A stretch of DNA of 52,933 nucleotides from Octopus bimaculoides. Its lineage: Eukaryota. This document shows positions 22,400 to 34,314 of the stretch, in pieces. The notes beneath the pieces are model-generated. The model was not told where the DNA came from, did not search any database, and saw nothing but the letters and a program-made list of their open reading frames with translations. The position numbers and the translations under genes are program-made. The stretch is from the NCBI RefSeq assembly GCF_001194135.2, contig NC_068997.1:3845420-3898352 (forward strand). Reading direction: 5' to 3'. The first letter of the stretch is position 1, and each line of letters begins with the position of its first letter.

Positions 22400-24920
22400 T
22401 AATAATATCATGTATATTGTTTTGTTTTGGTATAAAAGATGGGCTACAACAATTATTCTGTTCTATATCACAGATTAATGGGGAAGTATCATAGTCATGT
22501 GTTGAGAGGAATTCTTTGGAGTTTGAATAATTCACCTCTAGAAACATGGTTGTTTCGTAAAAAAAACATCTTTAAAGAACACTTATTCAGAAATCTTTTG
22601 AGCGGGATAGGCTAAACAAGATGAGGACAAATATCCGTCAATTGTAAATAATGTAAATAATGTCTGACTAAATTGTTTGATAGAAGTGCAACAAAATTTC
22701 GCTGCATCTCTGACTGATGTCATCCAGGACCTACACCAAATACCTGCTTGGATGACGGAAGGAACAACATATCTTCAACCAAAAACTGAAGACGAAAAAT
22801 ACAAAGAACCACCTACCAATAACATGTCTCAACACCACCCACATACAAGATCCTCACATCTACATTAACTGACAGAATACACGCTTTCTTTGAACAGAGG
22901 TATATCCTCCCAGAAGCTCAAAAAGGCTGTAAAAGAATTCTTATGGGTGCAAAGATCAATTACTCATAAGTAAACTGATTGTAGACCAACACGAAGAAAG
23001 CACGTATGGCATGGATAGACTACAAGAAAGTGCTTGATAGTGTCCCACATATTTGACTACTCATGGTCCTAGAGACATATAAGATCTCTCTTGTCATCTC
23101 CATATCCTTACAAGGCAGCAGGGCCAAGTGGAATACACGTCTCCTTCGAAACCATAGTAATAGGATGAGCCAATCTAACAACATCAACATTAAACGAAGC
23201 ATATTTCAAGGTGACTCCCTCTCCTCATCACTCTTTTGCATGGCACTGATCCTAAGTTTACAATACGACAATACACCATCTGTTTTATATGGACGTTCTG
23301 AAACTGTTTGCTAGAAGTGTCGAAGAGCTAGTAAGGCTGCTAACAACTGTTAGAGTATTCAGTAATAGCATTGGTGTGGATTTTGGCTTTGATAAGTGTA
23401 CTAAAGCAATTTTGTAAGAGGTAAGCTCAGGCAAATAACTTCCATTAAATATCGACACTACCATCAAGGACCTGACCCACAACAAAATGACAAATACCTG
23501 GGGATAAACGAAGGAGAGGGTATACAGCATTCTACTATGAAGGGAAAATAAGAAAGGAGTATTATTGGAGAACAAGAAATACTACTAAAAATTGAACGCA
23601 ACTCTAAAAATCGCATCGAAGCCATTCTCACCCTGCGTCTTCCAGTATTCCAATATATTTTTAATATCATTAACTGGAATCCTACAGAGTTCCAACGCCA
23701 GGACAGGAAGACAAGAGTTCTACTAACAACTAAGATCGTGCACCACCCAAAAGCAGAAGTAATGGGGAAAGAGGATTGATGCAGGTAGAACTGTGCTGTA
23801 AGACCTCCACAATAGCAATGAACAGGTGCGTATCTAGTAGAGAGGACTGGACGCTGCGGCTTGTGTAAAGGAAGCTTGCAAATTCGCAAGGGAACTTGAC
23901 ATTAACCCTGAAGTAGATGAAGAATCTGAAACCACTGCCACCAAACAAGCAAAAGGGATCAAGCAGACTGCAAAAAATAACGGGCGGAAACAAAACAAAT
24001 TGAGGAGCGGTGGAGTCAGAAGCCTCTGCATGGACACTATATATTTCCAAGTCGAAATGTTGATGTAGAGCAAGCAACAACCCATCAGTGGCTGAGGAGT
24101 TCATGACTGAAAGCAGAGACTGAAGGTTTCATATCGGCAGCACAAGATCAAAGCTTGCTTATAAAAAACTACCAGGCTAAACTTCTTCAAAATGGTTCTG
24201 ACCCTAATTACAATTAACGTAACAATAGACCATCTCGCCTCGGAGTGTCCTGTGCTGACACCAAACGAATACAAATGTCTCCACGATAGGGTAGGACCGG
24301 ATTTACATTGGAAAATATGTAAACATTACAAAATAAGCACTCCTGCTTACTGGTATGTACATCATCCTGAGCCAGTCGTTGAAGATAAAAATGTTACTGT
24401 CCTCTGGGATTTTCTAGTCAACATTGACAGAACGGTCCAGGTTAATCGACCAGACATAATTATTAAAGACAGAGAAAAAAATACATGTAGACCAATAGAT
24501 GTATGTGCTCCCACTGATAAAAATATATCTTGACGAACTAAATAAATGCAAAGACCTGGAAATTGAAATACAAAAGATGTAGCATCTTACAGAGACATCT
24601 GCTCCTGTTATCGTAGGTGCCCTAGATATTATTTAAAAAAGGGATGTCAGAAACATCTAGATAACATCACAGGAGAGCCATGTCTCAGAGAAATCCAAAA
24701 GATTGTGCTGACAAGTACAGTCCACGTCCTCAGAAAAAGGCAATCAGTTTAAATTTCTGTGTTGTATTACATGAAGATATTTCTCTACTTCCCCTACCAC
24801 GTCCCCTCTCTTAGCTTGCAGTTAAACTGTAACATCCCTCATACTTCACTCGCCCTAGGACGCTAGATATGTCTCTTCTAGTGACTGTAACAGACATGCA
24901 GATTAAAAGTAAAGAAAACG
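22400..24920 (+). mobile_element. R4/Dong-type LINE, decayed with internal deletions
   Basis: IPAWMTEGTTYLQPK; AWIDYKKVLDSVPH; IFQGDSLS; KYLGINE; LKAETEGFISAAQDQSL; IDHLASECPVLTPNEYKCLHD (CCHC finger remnant); LWDFLVNIDRTVQVNRPDIIIKD (RLE). Flanked by (AAT)n at 22372-22405 and 24921-24940. Confidence 0.92.
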
Positions 24921-24940
24921 TAATAATAATAATAATAATA

Positions 24941-25018
<78 letters not shown>

Positions 25019-25029
25019 ATAAAGAAAGA

Positions 25030-25920
25030 AAGAAAGAATGGGGGCAAAGGACTAAATAGTATATACCATTGTATGGGAAGTGAAAGGAGAACACTTGCCG
25101 AGTATTTGATAAATAGTGAAGAAGACCTGCTGCAATATGCTGCGAAACATATGGGCGTAAATGCAGATGAAATGATAGGCAAGAAAGAGTTTAACCAAAG
25201 AGCTGAAGAGGAGAGAAAAGAAGACTTTCTTGAAATGAGAATACATGGACAGTTTTAAAGGAATACACAAGACGTTAAGGATGATACAACTCTGTATAAA
25301 GAGTGTGGAAGATGTGACCCAATTGGTAGGTGGATGTGAGAGCCTTGCACAAAAAGAATACGAACGCTGCCACGATAAAGTGTGTGTGTATCTTCATTGG
25401 CTCTTATGCCGTAAATACCAATATGAAGTAACAGAGAACTGGTATGAGCATGCAAAGTTATGCAGGAGGATGGAAAGGTAACGATACTCTGGGAGTATGA
25501 TTTTGAGACGAATCATGTAATCGAACACCGTCGGCCGCATATCGTCATATTGAATAACAGACACAAATACTGTCAGGTCATTGGTGAAGCCATTCCAATG
25601 ACGTGAATGTTGTGAGTAAAGAGGTTGAAAAAATCACCAAGTACTGCGAATTGAAAGTGGAAATGGCAAGACTATATGGATTGCCAGAGGGTAATGTAAA
25701 AGTGATACCAGTGGTGATCGGAGCGTTGGGCTCAATCCAACTGAAACTTGAAAACTTCTTAAGGCAACTGGAAATCCCATGTAAGATTGATGTCTTCCAA
25801 AAAACAGCCTTACTGGGTGCAACGCACATCTTAAGGAAAGTATTATCTGAGGTCGTTGTTGTGACTTGACAAATGACTAGAGACTCCGGTGCATTTCTAC
25901 CTACACTGTGTTACGAAGGA
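25030..25920 (+). mobile_element. R4/Dong-type LINE, 5'-truncated, different subfamily
   Basis: RKNGGKGL; QLVGGCESLAQKEYERCHDKV; KITKYCELKVEMARLY; VIPVVIGALGS; QKTALLGATHILRKVL. 3' UTR followed by (AAT)n(AAC)n at 25920-25965. Confidence 0.92.
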
Positions 25921-26199
25921 ATAATAATAATAACAACAACTACAACAACTGGGACGACAACAACAATCACCGTTTTATCATTAATGCCAGTAGGACAACG
26001 CTGGTTGTGACAGTTACAAATGCCGTGTGTAAATGTGTGTGGAGAGTTACAGAGATATCGATCAAGATGAAATAGTAGCGGGAGAAACGTCATACAAAAT
26101 CTTTCAAGATCACAAGAAGTGACCCACACCAAAAGCCAGTGAAAGAGATACATAAATCTAGGATTACCCTAACTATATCTAGACATGAAACCACGAATT

Positions 26200-26590
26200 T
26201 GAGGAAAGAGTTAGTCGGATAAATATTCCTGTATTTGCCTGGTCATGTATTTCATCAACCTCGGTAAGAATGATAGGCAAAGTTGACCATGTCAGCATTT
26301 GAACTCAGAAGAGTGAATACGGGCAACTAAATACTAAAACGTACCCTGTCTAGCACTTTACCGGCTCCGGCAATTGAAATATCCTTAGCGATTAAAGGTG
26401 GTTTGAAATGTTGGCACAAGGCTAACAATTTCAGAGGAGGAAAATTCGACTACATCTATCCCAATGGTACGTTTTTATCGACCCCGAAAGATGAAAGCCA
26501 TAGTCGACCTTGACAGAATGTGAACACAGAACGTAAAGACGGACGAAATGCTGCCGAGCACTCTGCCCGGCGTTTTGACGAGTCTTTAGC
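26200..26590 (-). mobile_element. Two degenerate SINE B copies (~26200-26340, 26399-26590)
   Basis: TTTATCGACCCCGAAAGATGAAAGCCATAGTCGACCTTGACAGAATGTGAACACAGAACGTAAAGACGGACGAAATGC. Confidence 0.75.
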
Positions 26591-27013
26591 TATTAAAATT
26601 AAAGACGGAATAAATAAGCTGTGCAAGAATACTCAGTGGACAATACGTTAGAAGAAATTCGGTTTTATCAAAATACTTGAAGCTTATCGGATGAAATAAC
26701 ATTCTGTTTGACTGACATGGTTATACGTTATGCTATATCCAGCTGATATCAAACTGAAGCTGACACAGCGCTCAGGGTATTAATATTTTGTACGGAATTT
26801 TCTCTTGTAATCTCAGGAATTATACTCGGAATTATTCCATTGCTATGTTGCTATGTTTATATATATAATGTATTAGTGATATTAACGTTTTAGCATCGAA
26901 ACCAATTGAAGATGACGGTTGATTAGCTGATCGGTTAACCTTTCCCTTAAAAAGATAAATATATTTCTGCGATTTTGTGGTCATATGTTTATATGCGTGT
27001 ATGTTTATTTGCA

Positions 27014-27059
<46 letters not shown>

Positions 27060-27549
27060 NNNNNNNNNNNNNNNNNNNNNNNNNNNNNNNNATATATATA
27101 TATATACAAGAACTATATAGACGTATATCTGCATATACATATACATATATGTGCATATGTATGTATGTATTTGTGTACATGTATACACATGCATCGACAA
27201 ACGCACGCACAGTACACGCACAATGCAAACACACTCACACACGCACACATAAATATATTACTTATATGGAGTTTTACCTAATTAGTAACACATGGGGCCA
27301 GTGTTCTAAACCATCAGATACATATTGTCACCTATAACACTTCACAGGAAATGTAGAATATATCTATACTCTGATTTATGTATTGATTTCTTGTTTTCCT
27401 CTTTCAAAAACGTCTTTCAAAAGCATATATACGTCATGCACATCCACACACTCACACACACAGACACACATACACAACAACACATAAAAATAGATGGTAT
27501 CCAATAGTGAGGACTATATTCCTAGTGTATACCAGCGTAAAGTTAAATT

Positions 27550-28520
27550 GAGATTCTAATGAAGGAGATACATCTGAGGCGTCATTAGTGAAACGTGTGG
27601 TTGAGCATTGTCATGAAGTATGATTGCCCCTCTTCTGTTGACCACTCTGGGACGGAAGAGTAGAAATTTTCCGTTCATTTTTACAATTTCATGGCAATAT
27701 GTTACAGCAATAATGATTTTTCCGGGTTTTAAGAAGTTACAGTGGATGAGTCCAGCAGTACACCAGCAAACGGTCACCATAGCCTTCTTTTGAAGAGCTC
27801 TGGTTTAGTGAAGGTTTTTGGCACTTTATTTTGGTCCAACCACTGGGAAGAAGGTTTTTTTATTATTGTACAAATCCACTTTTCTTCGCAAATTGCGATA
27901 CGGTTATGAAAAGGATCGGTCTGGTTACGGAGAAGAAGCGACGAGCGAATTTCATAGGAGCGCGTTTTCTAATTTTCATTGAAATCAAGTGGTACCGATT
28001 TGTCGAGCTTTTTTTGATTTTCCGTTCACACGCAAATGGTTGCAGACAGGTTTCTGGCTAACTTGAAGTTCTTTTGCCAGTTCTCAAGTCGTTGTACGTG
28101 GATCGTTCTCAATGACTGTCTTTATTTGGCCATCACCGATGGCACATTGGCATCCACTACGCTCAGGATTTTCATGACCCAGGTCTCCACTGCGAAATCG
28201 TTTAAACCATTTTCGAGCTGACCACTCACTGGTCATTTCCTCACCAAATGTTTCATCGATATCGTGAGCTACAGTACGTTCTTTTTTTAAGTTAAATGAC
28301 AAAATTGCTTGAATATTGCGCTTTGCCAGTTCTATTTCAGGTGATTATAAGAACGGTGAAATAATGTCAATGTTAATTTAGCGATGCATTTGGGCAAGTC
28401 TATGTTTGTATTATCAGACAATTGCAAGACAATATTAAAAAAAAATTCAAATCTCTGCAAAAATCCGGTATAAATTCTTCATGATTAAAAATGTTGTCTA
28501 CTTTTACTCAACCTGATATA
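27550..28520 (-). mobile_element. mariner (DD34D-type) transposon, 3'-truncated
   Basis: TFGEEMTSEWSARKWFKRFRSGD...IENDPRTTT; MVTVCWCTAGLIHCNFLKPG...IILHDNAQPHVS. TIR-like TATATCAGGTTGAGTAAAAGTAGACAACATTTTT at 28487-28520. Confidence 0.88.
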
Positions 28521-28521
28521 C

Positions 28522-28700
28522 TGAGTTCAAATTTTGCCACAAGTCCAGCAATTTCGGACGATTTGGGTAAGTAGATTACATCGATCCCTGTGTTCAACTG
28601 CTACTTATTTTATCAATTCCTAAAGTATGAAAGTCAAAGTTGACCTCAGCGGAATTTGAACTCAGACTGTGAAGACGATTCAGCTAGTCTGCCGCCATAC
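28522..28700 (-). mobile_element. SINE B, degenerate
   Basis: TTCAACTGCTACTTATTTTATCAA...AAAGTTGACCTCAGCGGAATTTGAACTCAGA...CTGCCGCC. Confidence 0.75.
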
Positions 28701-29017
28701 CTCACTCGCTCACTCGATATATATTGCTGATTATCAAATCTAACTTTGATTGTGAAAACACACACACACACAATTGTAGTACACAGAAATGCATGAGTAT
28801 TTATTATAAGTTCTAACTACCAGCAATAAAAACTCTTTGCCCACGCACCAAAGGCCTTCAGATTAATATAGAATAAATGCAAATTAGTTATAGCTTGTAA
28901 CCCCACCTTTGTTTAAGGAATGACGTAACACATTTATCTTAATATTTCAAAGCAAAACGTTCAGGAAGTAAAATATATATATGAGTATGTGTTTCGTGTT
29001 GAAGCACAGCACCACAC

Positions 29018-29122
29018 CTACTGCTATTGCACATAATGGTCTTGACGTTAACTTCCCCACACTGCGTTTGCATATGCATTACTTCTACGTAATCAGGGAG
29101 TGTGAAGTATTTATTATGCGAC
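29018..29122 (-). CDS. Candidate isolated exon, product unknown
   Basis: Minus: CTTTTCTTCTCTTTCCATTGTTATATTTATCAG acceptor, 105-nt exon with one open frame (SHNKYFTLPDYVEVMHMQTQCGEVNVKTIMCNSS), donor AG|GTGTGG (alternative AA|GTAATG). No homology recognised. Confidence 0.2.
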
Positions 29123-29331
29123 CTGATAAATATAACAATGGAAAGAGAAGAAAAGAATGATCTAATGTCAAAATTGATTTCATACTTGGCTGTCAGCATA
29201 TGATTGTCATTGTGCAGATATCCTGATAGAGATGTGCGAGCACGCGAGTGCACATACAGGCACACGCACTCACACACGGACAGGCATGCTCACACACACA
29301 CACACGCATACGCACACGCACTCACACACAC

Positions 29332-29369
<38 letters not shown>

Positions 29370-29391
29370 CGACAGACCGACAGACAGACAG

Positions 29392-29444
<53 letters not shown>

Positions 29445-29571
29445 GCAGAGACATTTATAAATTGGTTACACAGATATAAATATACATACAGTTATGCCGA
29501 ATTGCATTCCTATTTTGTATCTGTGTAACTTATTTATAAATGTTTTGATAATTTCTAGCCTTTATCTGAAA

Positions 29572-29800
29572 CTTGTTTCTGTCATTAGACTGTGGTCATG
29601 CTGGGGCACCATCTTGAAAAATATTTTTAGTCGAATGAATCGACCCCACTAACCTTTCATTTGTTTTAAGCGCTGTACTTATTCTATCAATCACTAATGT
29701 TGAACAGCTAAGTTTACAGGGAAGCAAACAGATCAGCACCAGTCGTCAAGCGGTCGTGGAATACAAACACAGACACAAAGAAACACCCTCATACACACAG
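29572..29800 (-). mobile_element. SINE A variant, 3' half
   Basis: CTTGTTTCTGTCATTAGACTGTGGTCATGCTGGGGCACC...TTTAGTCGAATGAATCGACCCC...GTCAAGCGGTCGTGG. Confidence 0.75.
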
Positions 29801-29803
29801 GTG

Positions 29804-29884
<81 letters not shown>

Positions 29885-30133
29885 CAGTAGCGACTCCGGC
29901 ATTATGGCTGCTCCAAATTAGCCTGAGTATAAATTTAGGAAAGTGAACGTGTATTTGCCAGCTGATTTAATTTCAGCCAAGAAATTGGTTTCATTTTATT
30001 GAGCCTAGTCGCAGTTCATTTATTTTCGTTCAGCGTCTGGCGATCGTTTTAGAGATGCCCTGTGTCAAAAAATATCATTCGCAGCTAACGTTGTCTCCAC
30101 ATTCTTCACGGACTTGGGTGTTACATCTCGAGG

Positions 30134-32762
30134 CAGTGGCAGATCTAAAATATTGAGGCCCTGAAGCTTAAAATGTTATGGGGGCCCCCTTTACAACCAA
30201 CAACAGTATCATAACATCTAGGAAGATTTAAAGAATTTTCGTGCCCTTGCAGGGATCTCCAGCCTTGAGACCCTGATAGCCGAAATGGTGAAGTGGCGAT
30301 GTGGAGTCCTTAAAGATGAGTCTGACAGTGAGCCCACTTTCCTCCAGAAACAATGTGTGGCAATCACCAATATCTTTGTCGATGTGGTTGTTCCATGGCA
30401 GATCACCACAATTTTCTTTACAAATTTAAGCACTACATTTTAGACTGATTGTCAAAGTTGCAAGTGTGAACAAATATTTTCTAGCCTATGCCTTATACTT
30501 TTAGAGTTATTGGGGTTGGAAATTAGGGAAGCATCATATACATGCGTGATACATCATTTGTTGTTGGCCCTCCGTCGCTTACGACGACGTCGAGGGTTCC
30601 AGTTGATCCGATCAACGGAACGGCCTGCTCATGAAATTAACGTGCAAGTGGCTGAGCACTCCACAGACACGTGTACCCTTAACGTAGTTCTCGGGGATAT
30701 TCAGCGTGACACTGTGACAAGGCTGGCCCCTTTGAATTACAGGTACAACAGAAACAGAAAGTAAGAGTGAGAGAAAGTTGTGGTGAAAGAGTACAGCAAG
30801 GTTTGCCACCAACCCCTGCCGGAGCCTCGTGGAGCTTTAGGTGTTTTCATTCAATAAACACTCACAACGCCCGGTCTGGGAATCGAAACCGCGATCCTAT
30901 GACCGCGAGTCCGCTCCCCTAACCACTGGGCCACTGCGCCTCTACAGATACATCATAGAATAAGGACATAAAACATAACAAATACCATAGTTAATATAAT
31001 CTAATATTACTCTTAAATATGAAAATTACAAAATACTTTTTTTCTGTTCTTTGTAGCAACATATTTCCTTACAGTTTTGTCATATGAGAGCTTCCTTGCA
31101 ATGTCATTTTCTAGAGACAATATGCACAAGGAGTTTAAGGGCCCTTTAGTCATGGTAGATCGAAATTTATTCTTTATAAAGGAAAGCTTTGAGAAATTCC
31201 TTTCTGCTTCACAGCTCGTGATAGGCATTGTCATGTACAGCTTAACTGCAGTGGTAATATTAGGGAACATTTCAATTAATGGTTACTCAAATATAAGCTA
31301 AAGAACTTCTGTGCATTGCATTTTAAATGGTGTGCTTTCTTCAGTGTTCCGGGATTCCCTAAGGTGTAAATACCCTTTGAACTGCTAACAATCATTTATT
31401 AATTTGTGGTCAATATTGTCTTTGTAACGCGATATTATAAGTTTGATACTGAACTCATCAAATTCTGAATTGTTCATCAATTCTGAGAACAACCTGAACC
31501 ATTTTGCAATCTGCTCTTGCTTAACTGAATTATCAAGCATTGATAGACTTGATTTAGAACTTCTATCCTAAATGTTTCAGTTCCTTTCAAAGCCCTATCA
31601 CTTGTTCCATCTGCAAATTTCTTTATAACAATGCGTTTGGAAATATCAGAATAATTTGTGGTGGTATATTCACATAAACATCATGCTACGGATTCATAGT
31701 GTGCTATCTTGTCGGCTGAATTTTCTCGTAGTTCTTTAACAAATCAAAGCAAAGATGCTAGCAGAAGGTAACCTTCAAATACATCAGAACAGGAATTTGG
31801 GGTTTCTTACTTGTTTTGTTAAAATGCTCCATAACCTCTTCCTAAACGACTGTTAAAACAGCATATACCAATTTTACTCACTTACATTCAGGCTTCTGCT
31901 CTGAGTTTTCAAACATGCTTGAGAGTTTGTAAAATATCATTATTTCCATTTTTAATTGCCCGGACTGCTTCGTAGTATGCAGACCATCTATTTACACTTA
32001 AGCACTTTAGAGAAAAGGCGAGATTGCCCTGTGTGCTTAAAATCCCCCATCTTCAAGGAGATTCGGAAAAGAAAACATGCAGCTGCTGCCAAAATAGTCA
32101 ACAATCTCAGGTAGAATAGACACTGCTTTTTCTCCAACAGGGTTGAGTAGATGGCTTGCACATGGTACATAGTCTGCATACTTGTTAGTGTTCTTAAGAA
32201 ACGCAACCCTTTATCCGAGCTCTTCAAGCTGGAAGCGTTATTGTGGATATTTTCAAGTGAAAGCTTATGCTCCTCCAGGAATTGTGTTATTTTGTTGAAC
32301 AAGATTGTGGATGAATTGTTTTCTATTGGAAAAAATGTTTAAAATTTCTCGTTTTACAATCTTTTTCCGAAGTACTTGTTTGAGAAACTTCGATTTTGAT
32401 GTCTGTAAATCTTGTTGGATTCAGTATATATATTAACTGTTTTTTTTTTTATTATTTTGAAAAAATCTGATGTTTTGCTTTAGATAATTTTGTATAAAAT
32501 CATTATCAATTGTTACGGGTCAGTTTACCCGACCACTGTATTCTTTAAAATCACTAAATTTGCTTCCTGTATCTGCAATCTCTTTTCTTGACCACTATGA
32601 CCATTATCTGTACCAAAATTGTCAACAGTCGGTTGATTATTGCTAAACAGAGTACTCATGCTTTGTGCACCATCGCTGACTTCACCGGTGCTTGCACGAC
32701 TTGTTTCTGTTCCAGGTGATGGTTAACTTTTTATATACTCCTTTTGCTCGAGTTCACCACTG
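30134..32762 (-). mobile_element. Decayed hAT transposon (ZMYM1/PRKRIR-like transposase)
   Basis: LEEHKLSLENI; NKYADYVPCASHLLNPVGEKAV; RWSAYYEAVRAI; dimerisation domain FPNITTAVKLYMTMPITSCEAERNFSKLSFIKNKFRSTM (31013-31270). Ends CAGTGG at 30134 and CCACTG at 32757-32762 are tentative because no 8-bp TSD is preserved. Confidence 0.85.
30558..30942 (-). mobile_element. tRNA(Arg)-like SINE family C (octopus OR1-like) with RTE-type tail, nested in the hAT
   Basis: Minus head GAGGCGCAGTGGCCCAGTGGTTAGGGGAGCGGACTCGCGGTCATAGGATCGCGGTTTCGATTCCCAGACCGGG; tail CGTCGTAAGCGACGGAGGGCCAACAACAA. Flanking direct repeat GATACATCAT at 30548-30557 and 30947-30956. Confidence 0.88.
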
Positions 32763-32787
32763 TATATAAGTGATTTCTGTATACACT

Positions 32788-32912
32788 TGTTTCTGTCATT
32801 AGAATGTGGCCATGCTGGGGCACTGTCTTGAAGAATATCTTTAGTCGGATGAATCGACCCCGCTACTTTTGGGGGGTTTAAGCGCTGTACTTATTCTACC
32901 AATCACTAATGT
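32788..32912 (-). mobile_element. SINE A variant 3' fragment
   Basis: Shares the diagnostic TTTAAGCGCTGTACTTATTCTA.CAATCACTAATGT with 29572-29705. Confidence 0.75.
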
Positions 32913-33385
32913 CCAGTGTGTATAGTGTGGTTCTTGAGCCGTTTGGACTCTAATTTCTAGCAATACAGTGTACTATCTTCTACCCTGATTATAAATCAAT
33001 AATTTCTTCTTTTCGGATTTTTTATGTCTGTCATCCACTTATATTATTTTTTATTAACAATAATATATATNNNNNNNNNNNNNNNNNNNNNNNNNNNNNN
33101 NNNNNNNNNNNNNNNNNNNNNNNNNNNNNNNNNNNNNNNNNNNNNNNNNNNNNNNNNNNNNNNNNNNNNNNNNNNNNNNNNNNNNNNNNNNNNNNNNNNN
33201 NNNNNNNNNNNNNNNNNNNNNNNNNNNNNNNNNNNNNNNNNNNNNNNNNNNNNNNNNNNNNNNNNNNNNNNNNNNNNNNNNNNNNNNNNNNNNNNNNNNN
33301 NNNNNNNNNNNNNNNNNNNNNNNNNNNNNNNNNNNNNNNNNNNNNNNNNNNNNNNNNNNNNNNNNTGTTTTCATTTTACGTTTTA

Positions 33386-33419
<34 letters not shown>

Positions 33420-33423
<4 letters not shown>

Positions 33424-33847
33424 TTTTATTCTTTTATTCTCTTATTTTTGTACTTGTTTCAGTCATTTGACTTTGACTGCGGCGATGTTGGAGCACCACC
33501 TTTAGTCAAGAACTTATTCTATCAGTCTCACTTGCCGAATCATAAAGTTATGGGGGCGTAAACACACCAACATTGGCTGTCAAGTGATGATGGGGTTACA
33601 AACATAGACACAAATACATACATATATATATATACATATATATACATGTCTATACGTATACGACGGGCTTCTTTCAGTTGCCGTCTACCAAATCCACTGA
33701 CATGGCTTTGGTCGTCCCGAGGCTATAGTAGAAGACACTTGCTTAAGTTCTGCTCACATTTTGCTCAACTTGCCACGCAGTGGGACTGAATCGGGAACCA
33801 TGTCGTTGGGAAGCAAGATTCTTACCAGACAACCACTCCCGCGCCTT
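33420..33847 (-). mobile_element. tRNA SINE family A, full length
   Basis: (TATTCTTT)n tail, body, internal (TA)n/(CATA) tract, head ending ACCACTCCCGCGCCT. Confidence 0.9.
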
Positions 33848-34072
33848 ATATAAGTACAGGGTGACCCAAAAGTAGATTTACAATTATTTAACTCTATCTT
33901 TCGCATTCTTATATTAACAGTTTAGACCATAATTATAAAAAATCTGAAACCATTATTCTATGCTAATTTAGTTAATTGTAAGGGAGAAATTTAAATGTGA
34001 TAAAATGTTTTAAGAGAAATTGAAAGTGCCTACGTGATAACTGTAAACCTACTTTGGGTCCACCCTGTATGT

Positions 34073-34116
<44 letters not shown>

Positions 34117-34278
34117 TTACATAGATAGGTATATGTGTACTATATACACGCACACATATTAAAGCATATATTAATATATACATATATATTAAATATGTAT
34201 GCGAATATGCATATATATGTGCGTGTGTATTAGCTATGAATATGTGTATATGTATATATATATATACATATATAGCCA

Positions 34279-34314
<36 letters not shown>

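Noticed and set aside
30870-30942. Possible tRNA-Arg gene
   Set aside because: It is the head of a SINE: it continues into a SINE body and tail with a TSD, and the acceptor stem does not close.
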